A stretch of DNA of 64,000 nucleotides from Squalus acanthias. Its lineage: Eukaryota. Location: NCBI GenBank assembly GCA_030390025.1, contig CM059433.1, positions 20,586,001-20,650,000 of the forward strand. The letters are read 5' to 3'. Position 1 is the stretch's first letter. Each line of letters opens with the position of its first letter. The position numbers and the translations under genes were made by a program. This document shows positions 61,368 to 64,000 of this stretch, in pieces. The notes beneath the pieces are model-generated. The model made no database searches, was not told where the DNA came from, and saw nothing but the letters and a program-made list of their open reading frames with translations.

Positions 61368-63208
61368 TTTTTTTATTCGTTCATGGGTTGTGGGCGTCAC
61401 TGGCAAAGCCAGCATTTATTGCCCATCCCTAGTTACCCTTGAGAAGGTGGTGGTGAGCCGCCTTCTTGAACGGCTGCAGTCCGTGTGGTGAAGGTACTCC
61501 CAACAGTGCTGTTAGGGAGGGAGTTCCAGGATTTTGACCGAGTGACAATGAAGGAATGGCGATATACTTCCAAGTCAGGATGGTGTGTGACTTGGAGGGG
61601 AACTTGGAGGTGGTGGTGTTCCCATGTGCCTGCTGCCCTTGTCTTTCTAGGTGGTAGAGGTCGCGGGTTTGGGAGGTGCTGCTGAGGAACCTTGGTGAGG
61701 TGCTGCAGTGCATCTTGTAGATGGTACACACTGCAGCCACGGTATGCCAGTGGTGCAGAAAGTGAATGTTTAAGGTAGTGGATGGGATGCCAATCAAGCG
61801 GGCTGCTTTGTCCTGGATAGTGTCGAGCTTCTTGAGTGTTGTTGGTGCTGCACTTGTCCAGGCAAGTGGAGAGTATTCCATCACACTCCTGACTTGTGCC
61901 TTGTAGATGGTGGAAAGGCTTTGGGGAGTCAGGAGGGGAGACAATCACCGCAGAATACCTAGCCTCTGACCTGCTCTTGTTGCCACAGTATTTATGTGGC
62001 TGGTCTAGTTAAGTTTCTGGTCAATGGTGACCCCCAGGATATTGATGGTGGGGGATTCGGCAATGGTAATGCCGTTGAATGTCAAGGGGAGGTGGTTAGA
62101 CTATCGCTTGTTGGAGATAGTCATTGCCTGGCACTTGTGTGGCGCGAATGTTACCTGCCACTTATCAGCCCAAGCCTGAACGTCGTCCAGGTCTTGCTGC
62201 ATGAGGGCATGGACTGCTTCATTATCTGAGGAGGTGCGAATGGCACTGAACACTGTGCAGTCATCAGCGAGCATCCCTACTTCTGACCTTATGATGGAGG
62301 GAAAGTCATTGATGAAGCAGCTGAAGATGGTTGGGCCTAGGACACTGCCCTGAGGAACTCCTGCAGCGATGTCCTGGGGCTGTGATGATTGACCTCCAAC
62401 CACCACAACCATCTTCCTTTGTGCTCGGTATGACTCCAGCCAGTGGAGAGTTTCACCCCCCCCCCACCCCCCACCCTCCGATTCCCATTGATTTCAGTTT
62501 TACTAGGGCTCCTTGATGCCACACTCGGTCAAATGCTGCCTTGATGTCAAGGGTAGTCACTCTCACCTCACCTCTGGAATTCAGCTCTTTTGTCCATGTT
62601 AGGACCAAGGCTGTAATGAGGTCTGGACCTGCGTGGTCCTGGCGGAACCCAAACTGAGCATCAGTGAGCAGGTTATTGGTGAGTAAGTGCATCACTTTGC
62701 TGATGATTGAGAGTAAACTGATGGGCGGTAATTGGACGGATTGGATTTGTCCTGCTTTTTGTGGACAGGACATACCTGGGCAGTTTTCCACATTGTCGGA
62801 TAGATGCCAGTGTTATAGCTGTACTGGAACAGCTTGGCTCGAGGCGCGGCTCGTTCTGGAGCACAAGTCTTCAGCACGTCAGCCGGGATGTTGTCGGAGC
62901 CCACAGCTTTTGCTGTATCAAGTGCGCTCAGCCATTTCTTGATATCATGTGGAGTGAATAGAATTGGCTGAAGACTGACTTCTGTGGTGGTGGCGACCTC
63001 AGGAGGCTGATATGGATCATCCACTCGGCACTTCTGGCTGAAGATGGTTGCAAACGCTTCAGCTTTGTCTTTTGCACTCACGTGATTGGCTCCACCATCA
63101 TTGAGGATGGGGATATTCATGGAGCCTCCTCCTCCCGTTAGTTGTTTAATGGTCCACCACCATTCACGACCAGATGTGGCTGGATTGCAGAGCTTTGATC
63201 TGATCCGT
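61368..63208 (-). mobile_element. Family B LINE, 5'-truncated
   Basis: [26 protein letters not shown], 3'UTR and A-rich tail. Confidence 0.92.
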
Positions 63209-63859
63209 AGAGAAACACAGTCATCTTAATACAAGTAGTGTTGACCTGAGTTGAAGAGGGGGGGAACCATACTGGATGCTCACTCTGTGCTAGTGGAGAG
63301 TCATCTACAAAGGTTAAGGATGACCACATAGCAAAAGACAATTAACTTTGTGTGTAGTGGGCCTATTGCACAGATGGTGCTGGAATCTCCCATTATTGCA
63401 CACTGACTGAGCCAATCTTTTTTTTAATTAAAGTTCATACCTTTATATGAAATCTCCACATCCTGACTGAGTGTTGACTGTATGTCAAAATAGACTGAAA
63501 ATAGAACGCCAGACAATTGCCTCATTGTACCTGAAGCCAGCTGCATCTGAAAAGGCAGTCCCTATGTTTCATACAGTGGGTTTCATCTAAATATTTATTG
63601 ATCATTTGCCTGTCATCGCTGGTTACACATTAGTTATTAATTGAAACATTTGGAATCAGAATTACAGGGTTATTAAAATATGGCCAACATTATCAATGGT
63701 ATGTTATTAAAGCTTCTTAAATTCTCTTTTGGGAAAAATACTGTTTTCAGGTATTTTTAACTAATTTTCAAGCTTAATTATTCTTTTTTTTTTTACTGCA
63801 GCTAAGAAATCTACCCTTTTTTGGATAACTAACTCACAGGCCTGAATTTGAGTTAATAT

Positions 63860-63982
63860 CAGGAATTGAACATATCCAACTCCATATCCTCTCCATCACA
63901 AAGACTGTCTGCTTCCACCTCCCCCATAACATTATCTGCATCCAATCCTGTCATGCTCTGCCACTGAAACCCTTATCCTTGC
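63860..63982 (+). mobile_element. L2 RT fragment
   Basis: HILSITKTVCFHL..ETLILA. Confidence 0.55.
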
Positions 63983-64000
63983 AGGGGACTTTCCCTGGGA

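Noticed and set aside
63780..63845. Strong splice acceptor T-tract-ACTGCAG
   Set aside because: No recognisable coding frame or donor; runs into an L2 relic

Overview
Eukaryotic, repeat-dense non-coding DNA, most likely from a cartilaginous fish (shark), judging by the repeat families. No host gene, rRNA, true tRNA or CRISPR array could be identified, and most track ORFs are retroelement fragments or antisense shadows. Contents: (1) many vertebrate CR1 LINE copies, including a 5'-complete ~4.4 kb copy with intact zinc-finger/SGNH-esterase ORF1 that splits a ~40-bp minisatellite; (2) a second CR1-group LINE family in four copies; (3) RTE, L2, Vingi, Penelope and Gypsy relics; (4) tRNA-derived SINEs (Deu-domain, Meta-domain, AmnSINE2-like, LF-SINE-like); (5) about a dozen Harbinger-type non-autonomous DNA transposons. 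Best lead: the longest copy of the second LINE family has no ORF1 and starts with a tRNA-derived A/B-box Pol III head plus a MetaSINE-like core. Its sense strand, and that of two sister copies, almost completely avoids TTTT terminators, suggesting a Pol III-transcribed 'SINE-headed LINE'. Also notable: a U_UUA_AAC -1 frameshift heptamer at the CR1 ORF1/ORF2 junction, a minimal hammerhead ribozyme in a Penelope fragment, and an inverted Vingi element. Family names come from recalled consensus motifs, not database searches.
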